A stretch of 32,000 bases of DNA, from positions 3,750,001 through 3,782,000 of the forward strand of contig CP126532.1 in assembly GCA_030167145.1 (NCBI GenBank), written 5' to 3'. Origin of the DNA: Ktedonobacterales bacterium (lineage in GTDB: Bacteria > Chloroflexota > Ktedonobacteria > Ktedonobacterales > JADMIN01). A program made the translations under genes and the position numbers. Position 1 is the first letter of the stretch. Each line of letters starts with the position of its first letter. The notes under the pieces were generated by a model, which worked only from the letters and a program-made list of their open reading frames with translations, was not told the DNA's origin and ran no database searches. Positions 1 to 9,166 of this stretch are shown here, piece by piece.

Positions 1-1589
1 ACGGTGACCAGGTCGGCTTCGGACGCATAGACGCCGGGCTGCACCGCGCCTTCCATCCAGTCTGGCGCGGCGAGGCCCAGCCCGCGCAACGCGGTGGGGG
101 CCATGTTCAGCAGCAGCGCGTTGTCTACCTCTGCGCCAGCGTTGATGCCGGGGCCAGCGGCGATCATGATGCCATAGTCGTCGTGCCAGCCGCTGAGCGG
201 TCCGCGCACGTCGTCTTTGGTGAGCTTGGTGAAGAAGGGCGGCTCCGGGTTGATGCCGACGCGATACATCGGGTGCAGGCGCATGATGATGTCGGGCACT
301 TGCTCCATGTATGTGCCGGGGAAGATCTCTTCGCGGCGGTAGACGCCGAGCATGAGCGGTTCGTTGGTGTCGGGTGTGCGGAGTTCGCGGAGACCGGCGA
401 TGATCTTGTCGCGCAGTGCTTCGTATTCCTGGCCTGGCTGCACGATGCCCTGCGGCTGGCGTCCGGCGAGGTTGATCACGACGCCCTCGGCCTGGGTGAC
501 GATCTGGAAGCGGTATGCGCGGGTCTTTTCGGGGTCGAACTTGGTGCCGCTGTCGGCGACCTCGTAGACGCGATCCATCACGCCGCCGAGACCGGCTTTC
601 TTCACGACGGCGGCGGGCACTTTCAGCGCGGGTGAGATTCTGCGGAACCACGCCTGTTCTTTCATCTCGCGCACGGGGAAACGCTTGAGGCGCTTGATGG
701 CGGCACGAGTGAGGCCGTAGCCCGCCTTGGCAGCGCCGCCGCTGACCGGCACAAAGTAGCCCTGCTCAGCCAGCCAGGCGTTGAGGTGGAAGGCGTTGGG
801 GGCGGAGACGGTGCCGCCGTGGTCTGAGACCACGAGCACGGTCGTCTCTGGGCCAGCGTACTTCAGCAGGCGGGTGAGCGCTTCGTCCAGCGCGATGTAC
901 ATGCGGTCAATATAGTCGCCGTAGCGCGCGGCGTCGGCTTTGGTGTAGGCGGGGCTGCGGTCGTCGGAGTAGCGCATGAAGTAGTGATGCGCCCAGTCGG
1001 ACTCCATGAAGACGGTCATGAAGAGGTCTGGCTGCTCGTTGGTGAGCACTTCTTCGCAGATCTCGGTCTGGCGGGCGATATGATGCTTTGACCAATCGAG
1101 CCGCTTCACGGGGTCGAGGGTCCAGGTGACGCCGGTGAGGTTGCCCCAACGCGCGGCACGGTCGCGCGGGAAGGCGCAGGCGGACGAGCCAGCGGGCGCG
1201 GGATAGCCGGAGAACATGACGCCGTTGACCGGCCACGCGGGGAAGGTCATCGGAACGTGAATCGAGGCGACTTTCATGCCTGCCTTGCCGGCGATGTCGA
1301 AGATGGTTTTGCCCTGGCGCGCATCTGAGAGGGTGGGCGAGCCACGACGGCTGTACTTGGTGAGTTCCAGTTCGTAGAAGTTGAACGCGCCGTGGTTGCC
1401 GGGGGTCATGCCGGTGAAGCAGGTGGGCCACGCCGCTGAGGTATGGGGCGGATAGATGGACTCCAGCGGGGCGCTGGCGCCGCGCTGCATCAGCGCGGCG
1501 AGGGCGGGGGCGCGGCCTTGCTCGGCAAGGGGGCGCAGGAAACGGAAGGTGGCCCCATCGAGGCCCAGAATCATTACACGTGGTGGCAT
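1..1589 (-). CDS. Alkaline-phosphatase-superfamily enzyme, type I phosphodiesterase/nucleotide pyrophosphatase-like (paralog 1); C-terminal end runs off the window
   Basis: Absent from the ORF track because it has no stop in the window. My reverse-strand translation from the ATG (complement of 1587-1589) reads MPPRVMILGLDGATFRFL...YPPHTSAAWPTCFTGMTPGNHG...ESDWAHHYF...VLVVSDHGG. These are the metal-ligand Asp, Thr nucleophile, HH and DHG motifs of the NPP/AlkP fold. GGAGGAG Shine-Dalgarno lies 8 nt upstream and the frame stays open to position 1. The track ORF 907..1641 is an Arg-rich wrong frame of the same DNA. Confidence 0.85.
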   Translation of the reverse strand, partial: MPPRVMILGLDGATFRFLRPLAEQGRAPALAALMQRGASAPLESIYPPHTSAAWPTCFTGMTPGNHGAFNFYELELTKYSRRGSPTLSDARQGKTIFDIAGKAGMKVASIHVPMTFPAWPVNGVMFSGYPAPAGSSACAFPRDRAARWGNLTGVTWTLDPVKRLDWSKHHIARQTEICEEVLTNEQPDLFMTVFMESDWAHHYFMRYSDDRSPAYTKADAARYGDYIDRMYIALDEALTRLLKYAGPETTVLVVSDHGGTVSAPNAFHLNAWLAEQGYFVPVSGGAAKAGYGLTRAAIKRLKRFPVREMKEQAWFRRISPALKVPAAVVKKAGLGGVMDRVYEVADSGTKFDPEKTRAYRFQIVTQAEGVVINLAGRQPQGIVQPGQEYEALRDKIIAGLRELRTPDTNEPLMLGVYRREEIFPGTYMEQVPDIIMRLHPMYRVGINPEPPFFTKLTKDDVRGPLSGWHDDYGIMIAAGPGINAGAEVDNALLLNMAPTALRGLGLAAPDWMEGAVQPGVYASEADLVT

Positions 1590-1604
1590 AGCACGGTCTC
1601 CTCC

Positions 1605-1640
1605 ACAAACACTCCAACAAACACTCCAACAAACACTCCA
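1605..1640. repeat. Perfect tandem repeat, 3 x 12 bp (ACAAACACTCCA; minus-strand TGGAGTGTTTGT), directly abutting the SD of the AlkP paralog-1 gene
   Basis: Read directly: units at 1605-1616, 1617-1628 and 1629-1640 are identical. The flanking ctcc (1601-1604) is a partial fourth unit that forms the GGAGGAG SD on the minus strand. Confidence 0.95.
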
Positions 1641-1658
1641 CAGGTTCTTCTATGCGGC

Positions 1659-3557
1659 TCAGTCGTCTTGGGTTTCGTCGTCACCAGACGAACGTTTGCG
1701 TTCAGTTAAGCGTAACGGTATCGAGAGCTTCCCGGTGCCGCGGCGCGCGGGCGCCACAGGCGCATCAGCATCCCCGGCGAGTGCGGCGTATTTGGCCTCG
1801 GCTTCGCGCTCCAGTTGTTCGGCGTAGGTGTTCCAGATGGAGACACGCCAGAGGGTCAGGGTTTCCTGGGCATCGAAGCTTTCATCTATCACTGGCGGTT
1901 CATCGAGCCGCTGCTCAAGGATCGAGGTTTCCTCCCAGCGGGTGACCGCATGGTCTACGGCGGCGCGGGTGCGGTCGAGATGGCGTCCGGCTACTTTCTC
2001 GATGATGCGCAGCGCGCCATTGCGGAGCACGCGGTCGGTGAGCAGGCATTCCACCGCGTAGACGACGCCGAAGAGGAGAACGCTCAAGAGCAGGGGCAGC
2101 CACTTGCCGGCGAAGGTGTGTGGCGTGCCTAGCGGATGCGCGCTGAGTTCGGTGAGCGCGCCCCAGGCGAGCGCTCCGGCGACGCCCGCGAGCAGCAGCG
2201 GCTGGACCACGGCGCGGAAGAGCCGCTGGGCGCGCAGGCCGGTGAGGCTGCGTATATAGGCCACGCCGACGATGGTCGCGCAGATTTTGCCAGCGGTGAA
2301 GAGCGCGGCGGTGCCGACGATGCCGAACTTGAGCGGGGCAATGGCCAGGAACGGCAGCGCCAGGGCAAGCTGCAAGCCGGAGATGCGCCAGAAGATGCGG
2401 GCGCGTCCGGTGCCGTTGCAGAAGTTGCGCGTCACCAGGAAGTACGAATGCGCGAAGCCGTAGACGGCGAGAATCTGGAACGGCAGGAGCGCGGTATCCC
2501 ATTTGTGGCCGTAGGCCGCATGCAGCGCCGCCGGGCCGATCAGAATTGAGATAAGCGCAAGCGGCGCCGCATAGTAGCTGACGTAGCCGAGGGTGGTGTA
2601 GACGGCGGTGGCCTGCGCTTCGCGGCTGCCCTGGGCCTTGGAGAAGACGGGCAACACCACTGCCGCGACCACGCCTTCGGTGAGCACCTTGGCCGGGAAG
2701 TAGCCCAGCAGGAAGGCGAAGGCATAGGAGCCGAGCGCCGCTGCGCCAAGCACGCGGCCTACGGAGGCGTTATCGAGGTTGGTGAAGAAGAAGACCAGGA
2801 GCGACCCGGCGAGTACGTAGCGTCCGTAGCCGAGCAGCTCGCGCAGCAGGCGCGGGTCCCAGCGTGGGCGCGGGCGGTAGTCGGAGATGACATAGAGGCC
2901 GATGGTCCAGAAGCCATAGCCGACGACCTGGGCATAGCCGACGCAGAGCGGCCCGATGCCCGCTAGCGCCAGCCCGACGGAGAGGACGGCGACGATCAGC
3001 GGCTTGGAGATTTCGAGCCACATTTTGCGCCGGAAGCGCAGTTCTTTCTCGAAGAGGGTGTCGGGTACGGAGCCGATGGAATCTATGAAGAAGGCCAGCG
3101 TGGTGAGCCGCAGCACGCCCGCGCTCTCTGGCGACTGGAAGAAGAGGCCGATCTTGTCGGCGCCGATCCAGGCCGCGCCACAGAGCAGCGCGCCGATGGT
3201 GATGGAGACGAAGATGATCTGGTCGGCGGATTCGCGTACCCGTGTGGGGCGGTGAATCAACGTCTGGAAGACGAAGGCGTTGCGGGCGACGGTGGCGGCG
3301 GTGGTGACGATGATGGCGACGCTGATCGCGCCGTATTCGGAGCGCGCCAGAATCGCGGCGAGCAGGAGTTGCGAGAGGGTGTTGGCGGTCTGGCCCGCCG
3401 CCGTGGATGCGGTCAGCGCGAGCAGCGATTCGACGACGCGCTTGCGGAGATTCTGTGGCTGCCCGCCGTGGCGCTTGCCGTGCGTGGGTGTGGCCGGAAC
3501 CGGGGCATCCACTGGCATGCCGGTTTGTCCAGGCTCGACCCCTAACGTTTGAGACAT
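1659..3557 (-). CDS. MOP-superfamily polysaccharide/oligosaccharide flippase (Wzx / polysaccharide-biosynthesis-protein family) with a long hydrophilic C-terminal tail
   Basis: ORF 1659..3596 (645 aa) has many hydrophobic helices in the pattern typical of Wzx/PST flippases. Its last 125 aa or so are charged and non-membrane. I prefer the ATG at 3555-3557 (MSQTLGVEPG, preceded by a GGGGGGGAAA purine run) over the GTG at 3596; the start is uncertain. Confidence 0.75.
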   Translation of the reverse strand: MSQTLGVEPGQTGMPVDAPVPATPTHGKRHGGQPQNLRKRVVESLLALTASTAAGQTANTLSQLLLAAILARSEYGAISVAIIVTTAATVARNAFVFQTLIHRPTRVRESADQIIFVSITIGALLCGAAWIGADKIGLFFQSPESAGVLRLTTLAFFIDSIGSVPDTLFEKELRFRRKMWLEISKPLIVAVLSVGLALAGIGPLCVGYAQVVGYGFWTIGLYVISDYRPRPRWDPRLLRELLGYGRYVLAGSLLVFFFTNLDNASVGRVLGAAALGSYAFAFLLGYFPAKVLTEGVVAAVVLPVFSKAQGSREAQATAVYTTLGYVSYYAAPLALISILIGPAALHAAYGHKWDTALLPFQILAVYGFAHSYFLVTRNFCNGTGRARIFWRISGLQLALALPFLAIAPLKFGIVGTAALFTAGKICATIVGVAYIRSLTGLRAQRLFRAVVQPLLLAGVAGALAWGALTELSAHPLGTPHTFAGKWLPLLLSVLLFGVVYAVECLLTDRVLRNGALRIIEKVAGRHLDRTRAAVDHAVTRWEETSILEQRLDEPPVIDESFDAQETLTLWRVSIWNTYAEQLEREAEAKYAALAGDADAPVAPARRGTGKLSIPLRLTERKRSSGDDETQDD

Positions 3558-3758
3558 GAGCGATTTCCCCCCCGCACAACTTCCCGACACTCCCACCAGG
3601 GGGCCATCGTCGTATGATTTGCCGCGTGCGGCGTGCGAGTCTATGAGCCGCGCGCCCGCCAGGATTGCCCGTGGGCACGTGCCCTGAGCGCGAAAACGAA
3701 CGAGCAGCGCGAGTACGGCGAGGCTGGTGGCCCGATGGGCAGCGGCGCGAGCGGCGCG

Positions 3759-4436
3759 CTACTCGATGGCCACCAGCCCCTTCTTGATGGCATAGAGGAC
3801 CGCTTGCGAACGGTCGTAGATGCCGAGTTTGCGATAGATATTGCTTACGTGGTTGCGAACCGTTTTTTCGCTGACGCCCAACTCGTGCGCGATCTCTTTG
3901 GCCGCCAGCCCGCGCGCAAGCATGGCGAGCATTTGCAGCTCGCGGGGTGTGAGGCCGTCGTAGACCTGGCTCTGCTCTGGGCGCTGTTTGCTGAGTAGCT
4001 CGACCACTTGCCGTGTGACGCCTGGATCTATCACCTGTTCGCCATTGGCGACGGCGATGATGCCTGCGGCGAGCGCGGCGGGAGTGGCGTCTTTGAGCAG
4101 ATAGCCATCGGCGCCGACCATCAGCCCTTCGACGACGTAGCCGTCATAGATGAAGGAAGTCAGGATGATGACGCGGACCGCTGGCCAGCGCGCCTTGATC
4201 TCGCGGATGGCCTGGATGCCGTCCATCACGGGCATGCGAATGTCAATGAGAATGATGTCGGGGTGGAGTTTGCCCACCAGATCGAGCGCATCCTGCCCGT
4301 TGCCGCCGCGCCCGATGACTTGGATGCGGGTGTCTGGGCTGAGAAGGGCGATGATCCCCTCGCGGAGCAGCGTCTGGTCATCTACGACTACCACGCGGAT
4401 CGGCGGATCCGCGACCATGCTGTGCGCCTGACTCAT
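3759..4436 (-). CDS. NarL/FixJ-family response regulator (REC + LuxR-type HTH)
   Basis: 225 aa. Receiver motifs VVVVDDQ, DIILIDIRMP, ILTS and LLKD. C-terminal HTH reads LTPRELQMLAMLARGLAAKEIAHELGVSEKTVRNHVSNIYRKLG. The start overlaps the kinase stop by 4 nt (ATGA). Confidence 0.93.
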   Translation of the reverse strand: MSQAHSMVADPPIRVVVVDDQTLLREGIIALLSPDTRIQVIGRGGNGQDALDLVGKLHPDIILIDIRMPVMDGIQAIREIKARWPAVRVIILTSFIYDGYVVEGLMVGADGYLLKDATPAALAAGIIAVANGEQVIDPGVTRQVVELLSKQRPEQSQVYDGLTPRELQMLAMLARGLAAKEIAHELGVSEKTVRNHVSNIYRKLGIYDRSQAVLYAIKKGLVAIE

Positions 4437-5242
4437 GCCACGCCTCCCGGTTGTATGCGCCGCTTTGCGCGCCGCGCACCCGTTTGCGCTGGTATCACTC
4501 CGTCCTCTTTGACGCGCGGCACAGGCGGCGTAAGCGTGTCGCCGTCGCGCCGCCAGGGAACCGCTAGCTCAACGCAGGCGCCGCTGGCTGGGCTGGACGT
4601 GATGGTGAGCCAGCCGCCAAGACGCCGCACACGCTCGTGCATGCCGGCGATGCCGTGGCCGCCACCATCGGTGGCGGCGCGTGCGTGGGCCACAGCATCG
4701 CCTGCGAATCCGACACCGTTGTCAGTAATGATGACGCGCAACTGCTCAACATCGCACTGCACTAGGACCGTCGCTTCGGTGGCATGGGCGTGGCGCTCGA
4801 TGTTGGTGAGCGCCTCGCGCACGAGCAAATACAGCGCTGTCGTTATGTCGAGCGGCAAATCATCGGGCCAGCCGTCGTCGAGCAGTGTGAGCCGCAGACC
4901 CCGGCTGCGCGCCTGCGGCGCGACGTAGGTGCGCAGGGCGTCGGGCAGGCCGAGCCGCGCGTGTGGATGCCCATCGTGGATGCCCGCCAGTGTCGCGCGC
5001 AATGCGTCAAGCGCCTCGCGAGCGAGGTCTTTCCAGGCGGTGGCGTAGGCCTCGACCATGCCCCGTGTCACGGGCTGCGCTGGCGCGGCCAGCGATGCTT
5101 CTAATCCGATGACCAGCGCGCTGAGCGGCTGGATGACGGTATCATGCAGTTCGCGTGCGATATCGCGGCGCTCGGCTTCGCGAATCGCGACGGTGGCATC
5201 ATGCGCCGTCTGTCTCTCTTTGCGCGCGGTAGACCTGCGCAT
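4433..5242 (-). CDS. Soluble HisKA_3-type sensor histidine kinase lacking any recognisable input or transmembrane domain
   Basis: H-box ARELHDTVIQPLSAL, N-box EALTNIERHAHAT, G-boxes DNGVGF and GHGIAGMHERV. Only about 25-40 aa precede the DHp helix. The ORF track starts at 5293, but I prefer the ATG at 5240-5242 (MRRSTARKERQ) because GGGGGAGA sits just upstream. Confidence 0.88.
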   Translation of the reverse strand: MRRSTARKERQTAHDATVAIREAERRDIARELHDTVIQPLSALVIGLEASLAAPAQPVTRGMVEAYATAWKDLAREALDALRATLAGIHDGHPHARLGLPDALRTYVAPQARSRGLRLTLLDDGWPDDLPLDITTALYLLVREALTNIERHAHATEATVLVQCDVEQLRVIITDNGVGFAGDAVAHARAATDGGGHGIAGMHERVRRLGGWLTITSSPASGACVELAVPWRRDGDTLTPPVPRVKEDGVIPAQTGARRAKRRIQPGGVA

Positions 5243-5931
5243 GCTCGTCTCCCCCACACCACTTCGCCCTGATAGGCGTGCCGCAATTCGCATCTACACG
5301 ATAATCTACTCCGCCAGCATGCTGAACGGCGGCCCCATGACGAGGATTCCACGGAGTTCGCCATGCGTAACACGGGTGGCGCCCGCGCTTCCCCATACGC
5401 ATTTCGGCTCACTCCTGTTGTTATACGCGACTTTTCGCCAGACTGCCAGACGCAATCTGTGGCGCAGAGCGCGGAAACGCGCGGAGATCTCGCGCGGATG
5501 CCGCCCGCCCGCTGCCGCCTCTGCCGGGAATCTATCGCGAGGCGATGCAAACAAATGCGTAGCGTATTGCACCATAGAGGGAAACGGATAGCTTGTTCGG
5601 AGGTAACTTCCTGGGTACGGGTGGGCGTGAGCGCATGTGCGCTGTGTGCGATGAGCGCCGCGTCGCGCGGACCATGGCGCATGGAATGGTTGTGGTGTGC
5701 CTTGTGCGCCTCGCGGCCATCAATGTCTATCACTGGCTGGCATTTACGAGATGAGGCGGAAGCTGTGTCGCGCCACGAGCAGACTATGACCAAGTGGCAT
5801 CCTACAGTGCCGAATACTACTCTCTTGTCACAGCAAGTGGTAGCGCGAGAATGTGGCCAAATATCAAGCCCAGCATTATGGTTGCTCGCAGGTCGTAATG
5901 GCGCTGTTTAGCGGATTTTGTGTGATGACGC

Positions 5932-5961
5932 TTGCATTTTGGATGGTGTTTCCTGTACACT
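5932..5961 (+). promoter_or_regulatory. Possible sigma-70-like promoter for the large membrane-protein gene
   Basis: TTGCAT (5932-5937), an 18-nt spacer, then TACACT (5956-5961), about 60 nt upstream of the proposed GTG start. Pattern match only. Confidence 0.25.
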
Positions 5962-6019
5962 CATTTCCAATCACACAGGGGTATCACCGTGTGCTCCTAC
6001 AAGTGAGAGGAGAGAGGCA

Positions 6020-9000
6020 GTGGCGGAGTCGAGCGACTACAGTACACCTGGCGCTGGCAGTGCGCCCGCAGCACCCGCCATGCCCGCAGCGCCTGTCGCG
6101 AGCGCACCTATTACAAGCTACGCGGCTGGTGAAGAGCACGAGGGGCTGGCCGCTACCTTTCTGCGGCGGCGCATTCAGCTTGGCACGCTCGACCGTTCGA
6201 TGCGGCTGCTGATCCTACTGGCGACCACCATGTTCGGGTTGCTCGCCCTCGTTCTGATTATCGGTGTGCCCTCGATCCAGTTGATTACGCTGGTCATCGG
6301 TGGCGCGCTGGCGCTCGGCTGGAGCTTCCTGCTGGCGGGCGCGCTGTATGCGACGTGGCCGTTCCGCTTCGCCATTGTCGCGCTGCTTACGGTCACGCTC
6401 GGCTATGCGCCGCTGAGATGGCTTCTTGCCAATGGCTTCGCTGACCCCGCCTCACGGCTGCTGCGTTTCGCGGAACTGGGGATCGTGGTGGGCATCTGGC
6501 TGTGGGCTATTGGGATGTCGGTGTTCGGATGGCTGCGCCGCCGCCGGCCCGCAGTGTCGTTTCGAGCTGGCCTGACGTTTGGCGCGGTGCTGACGCTGAT
6601 GCTGGGTTTTCTGGAAATCGAATTGACCCTCGCTCATGGCGCGCTCTTCACCGGCAGCGATACCATTCGCTTCCAGTTGACGCAGTTGGGCAGCCTGATT
6701 CTCATCTTTCTGGTGTGGGCGAGCACTGATCTGGTCGAATGGAGCTTCGCCACCGCCAACACCGCTATTGGACTGATGCGACGCCGCACAGGGATCCCCA
6801 TCTTGCCGCCAGTGGCGACGGCTGGCGCGCTGGTGATGTTGGTACTGACGGTTCACCAAATACAAACCGGTTCCTATCGCATCAGTTGGATGGCATTGCT
6901 GGTGGATCTGGTCATTGTGGCGTTGCTGGCGCTGGGGCTCTGGCTGTTGCTGCGCTGGGTGCGGATCGAGCGCGCGACTCCGGCGCAGGCGCCCGCGCTG
7001 GCGCTGATCTGCGGCGCGGTGATCATCGAGGGCGTGCCGCTGCTGGAGATCGCGCTGCAACGCGGCTGGTATGAGCGCTTTTCCGCTGATACACTCTCGG
7101 TCAGCCGGTCGGCGGTGGAATGGCTGATCAATCAGGTGTTTCTTCTGCTGCTGTTGCCGGTGGGGTTGGCGCTGCTGGCTGTTGGGCGCTCGCGGCGCAG
7201 GAGTTCCGCTGTGGTGTGGGGCGTGATGCTCGTCGTGCTGGCGCTCTCGCAGATTGTGATGAACCTCAGCGTGTATCTCGTCGCGCTGGGCTTGCCGCTG
7301 ATCTATGTGCCCGACCCGGTGGATCGAAACATACTCAAGATTGCGACCGCCATTGCCATACTCGTGCTGTCGCTGGCGCTCGTCGTCCGGCAGCGCTGGA
7401 CCCCCGCCAGCCAGCGGCTCCTGGCCGCGCTCAGCGTGTTCCTCATCAGTCTTCAGATTTTCGATTGGCTCATTACGCTCGCCTACCAGTTTCAGTTGCT
7501 GCAAGTACGCATTGCGTTGTTTGGCGCGGTGGCGTTTCTGGCGACCATCGTTTGGGATTTCATCATGTCTGGCGAAGAGATTACCAACCAGGCGAGCCGC
7601 CGCCTGCCGCGTGAGGCGCGCGTCTTCCTCTATCTCGGCTACACCTTGATCGCCGCGGTGGCAATCGTGTACTTCTCGCTGGGCAGTGCGGTGTCGCGGA
7701 ACATCTTTTCGCTTGAGCAACTGCTCGCTTCGCTTATCGGGTGGTATCAACTTGGTGTGCCGTTGATTGTGGTGTTGCTGATTCTGTTGCTGATGCGCGC
7801 CCGCGAGCCGCTGCCAATGCCAGAGGTTCCGCGATCACCGCGGCGCGAGCGCCTGGCGTGGTGGGGCGCACTGGGCGCGAGTGGCGCTATGGTCGCGCTG
7901 GTCGCGGTGCTCATCATTGCCGGATTAGCGCCGCGCCTGTCGCATCTCTCGTATCGCTCGCCCTCCGCCGGTTGCGAGGGCAACAACTATGCGCTCTGGC
8001 TCACCAGCAACGCCAGCGTGGGCGAGCGGTGCGGCTTGCACAGCATGACGCTGACCTTTGGGAAGGGTTTTAGCGGTATGACGATGCAGGTGCCACATCG
8101 CTTTCCCGCGAACTTCGATCTCTCCGTGCGTGCGGACCTCACGCACATTGGTGATGACGATTGTTTGTTCATTGTGGATTATGCCGTGCCGTCAGGCGCG
8201 TATGTATACGATGCCATCATCCCGACTACGCAGCAGCAGGACACCTACTTGTATGGCGTGTGCGCCAGTGGCGCCGTCGAAATCGTCCGCGAGGACCAGA
8301 CTGCCGGAAGCACAGCGCCGGCAATTGTGACGCTCGCCAATGGCGTCATCGCTACGCCGGTGACGCAGGTCGCCCTGCATGTACACTCGCAAGGCTGGTT
8401 TCGCACGTTCGACATCAACGGCACACAACTGAACACCAGTGATGATGTGTATCTCGGCACGAATATGCTGGCGCTGGCCGCGAACCGGAGCCAGCAGACG
8501 CCAGGGTCGGTGGCTTTCAGCAATTTCGTTTTCACGCCGCTGGATCCGCTGCCTGAGCAGTCGCCGCCAGCGCCGCCGCCGGGTTTCCGCACGTATGTCT
8601 CGTCCAATACGGTCTGGTCTATTGGCTATCCTGAAGAGGCGGATATTGCGAAGAACACGCTTACCGCGCAGGGCATCACCGCGCAGACGGTGCAGTTCGC
8701 GATGGTTGGGGTGGATGACGCCGCCCTGACCGTGTATGACATTCCGCAGGTCATCGCCAGCGACCAGGCGCAGGGCATTGCTAGTTCGCTGATTCAGGCG
8801 TTCGGCGCGACCGATGTGCGCTATACACAGTCGTGGACGCCCGTTACCTATGCGGGGCTGGGATGGCAGCGGCTGACCATGACCGCGACGGTTGGCGGTG
8901 AGCAGTTCAAGATCGTCGTGCTGTATCACGTCCATGGGGCGCGTTCAATCGTGCTGGGCGCGGCGGCGCCGATTGACCAGTACGCGGGCTACGATACGTC

Positions 9001-9043
9001 TGATTTCACGCCGATGGTCAATACGTTCGCATTTCTCTCGTGA
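6020..9043 (+). CDS. Large polytopic membrane protein (more than 15 predicted helices) with a 368-aa C-terminal extracytoplasmic region: a ConA/LamG-like beta-sandwich plus a PsbP/DUF1795-like alpha/beta domain. Function unknown.
   Basis: ORF 5918..9043. I prefer the in-frame GTG at 6020-6022 because GAGAGGAGAGAGG lies immediately upstream. Hydrophobic segments recur up to about nt 7930. The tail (7937-9040) is hydrophilic, with a beta-rich segment (FDLSVRADL...CLFIVDY...GSVAFSNFVFTPL), a PPAPPP linker, and a segment ending TPMVNTFAFLS. Fold names are my impression from sequence patterns. Confidence 0.7.
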   Translation: MAESSDYSTPGAGSAPAAPAMPAAPVASAPITSYAAGEEHEGLAATFLRRRIQLGTLDRSMRLLILLATTMFGLLALVLIIGVPSIQLITLVIGGALALGWSFLLAGALYATWPFRFAIVALLTVTLGYAPLRWLLANGFADPASRLLRFAELGIVVGIWLWAIGMSVFGWLRRRRPAVSFRAGLTFGAVLTLMLGFLEIELTLAHGALFTGSDTIRFQLTQLGSLILIFLVWASTDLVEWSFATANTAIGLMRRRTGIPILPPVATAGALVMLVLTVHQIQTGSYRISWMALLVDLVIVALLALGLWLLLRWVRIERATPAQAPALALICGAVIIEGVPLLEIALQRGWYERFSADTLSVSRSAVEWLINQVFLLLLLPVGLALLAVGRSRRRSSAVVWGVMLVVLALSQIVMNLSVYLVALGLPLIYVPDPVDRNILKIATAIAILVLSLALVVRQRWTPASQRLLAALSVFLISLQIFDWLITLAYQFQLLQVRIALFGAVAFLATIVWDFIMSGEEITNQASRRLPREARVFLYLGYTLIAAVAIVYFSLGSAVSRNIFSLEQLLASLIGWYQLGVPLIVVLLILLLMRAREPLPMPEVPRSPRRERLAWWGALGASGAMVALVAVLIIAGLAPRLSHLSYRSPSAGCEGNNYALWLTSNASVGERCGLHSMTLTFGKGFSGMTMQVPHRFPANFDLSVRADLTHIGDDDCLFIVDYAVPSGAYVYDAIIPTTQQQDTYLYGVCASGAVEIVREDQTAGSTAPAIVTLANGVIATPVTQVALHVHSQGWFRTFDINGTQLNTSDDVYLGTNMLALAANRSQQTPGSVAFSNFVFTPLDPLPEQSPPAPPPGFRTYVSSNTVWSIGYPEEADIAKNTLTAQGITAQTVQFAMVGVDDAALTVYDIPQVIASDQAQGIASSLIQAFGATDVRYTQSWTPVTYAGLGWQRLTMTATVGGEQFKIVVLYHVHGARSIVLGAAAPIDQYAGYDTSDFTPMVNTFAFLS

Positions 9044-9166
9044 AACCGTGCGCTCACCAGTGCGCTAGAAGGATGAGCTGTACGGAGCCTTGCGTTTTGG
9101 GGATAGCGAGGATATGCTTGCCGCAGATGGGCGTTTGCGACGCTGTGCGCCCAAAAGGAGGGCACT

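Noticed and set aside
907-1641. 244-aa minus-strand ORF from the track
   Set aside because: It is Arg/Pro/His-rich and low in information. It is an alternative frame of the same strand that, in the correct frame, encodes a full AlkP/NPP protein with clear motifs.
5101-5911. ORFs 5101..5793 (-) and 5363..5911 (+) in the long kinase/membrane-protein intergenic region
   Set aside because: They have no SD and an odd Cys/Arg/Ser-rich composition, they overlap each other, and the minus-strand one (5101..5793) also overlaps the kinase gene. I treat the region as non-coding, though a small gene or leader RNA cannot be excluded.
6452-7750. 432-aa antisense ORF inside the large membrane-protein gene
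   Set aside because: Its Arg/His/Gln/Pro-rich composition is typical of antisense reading of a GC-rich membrane gene. It has no SD, and the sense-strand ORF has coherent TM periodicity.
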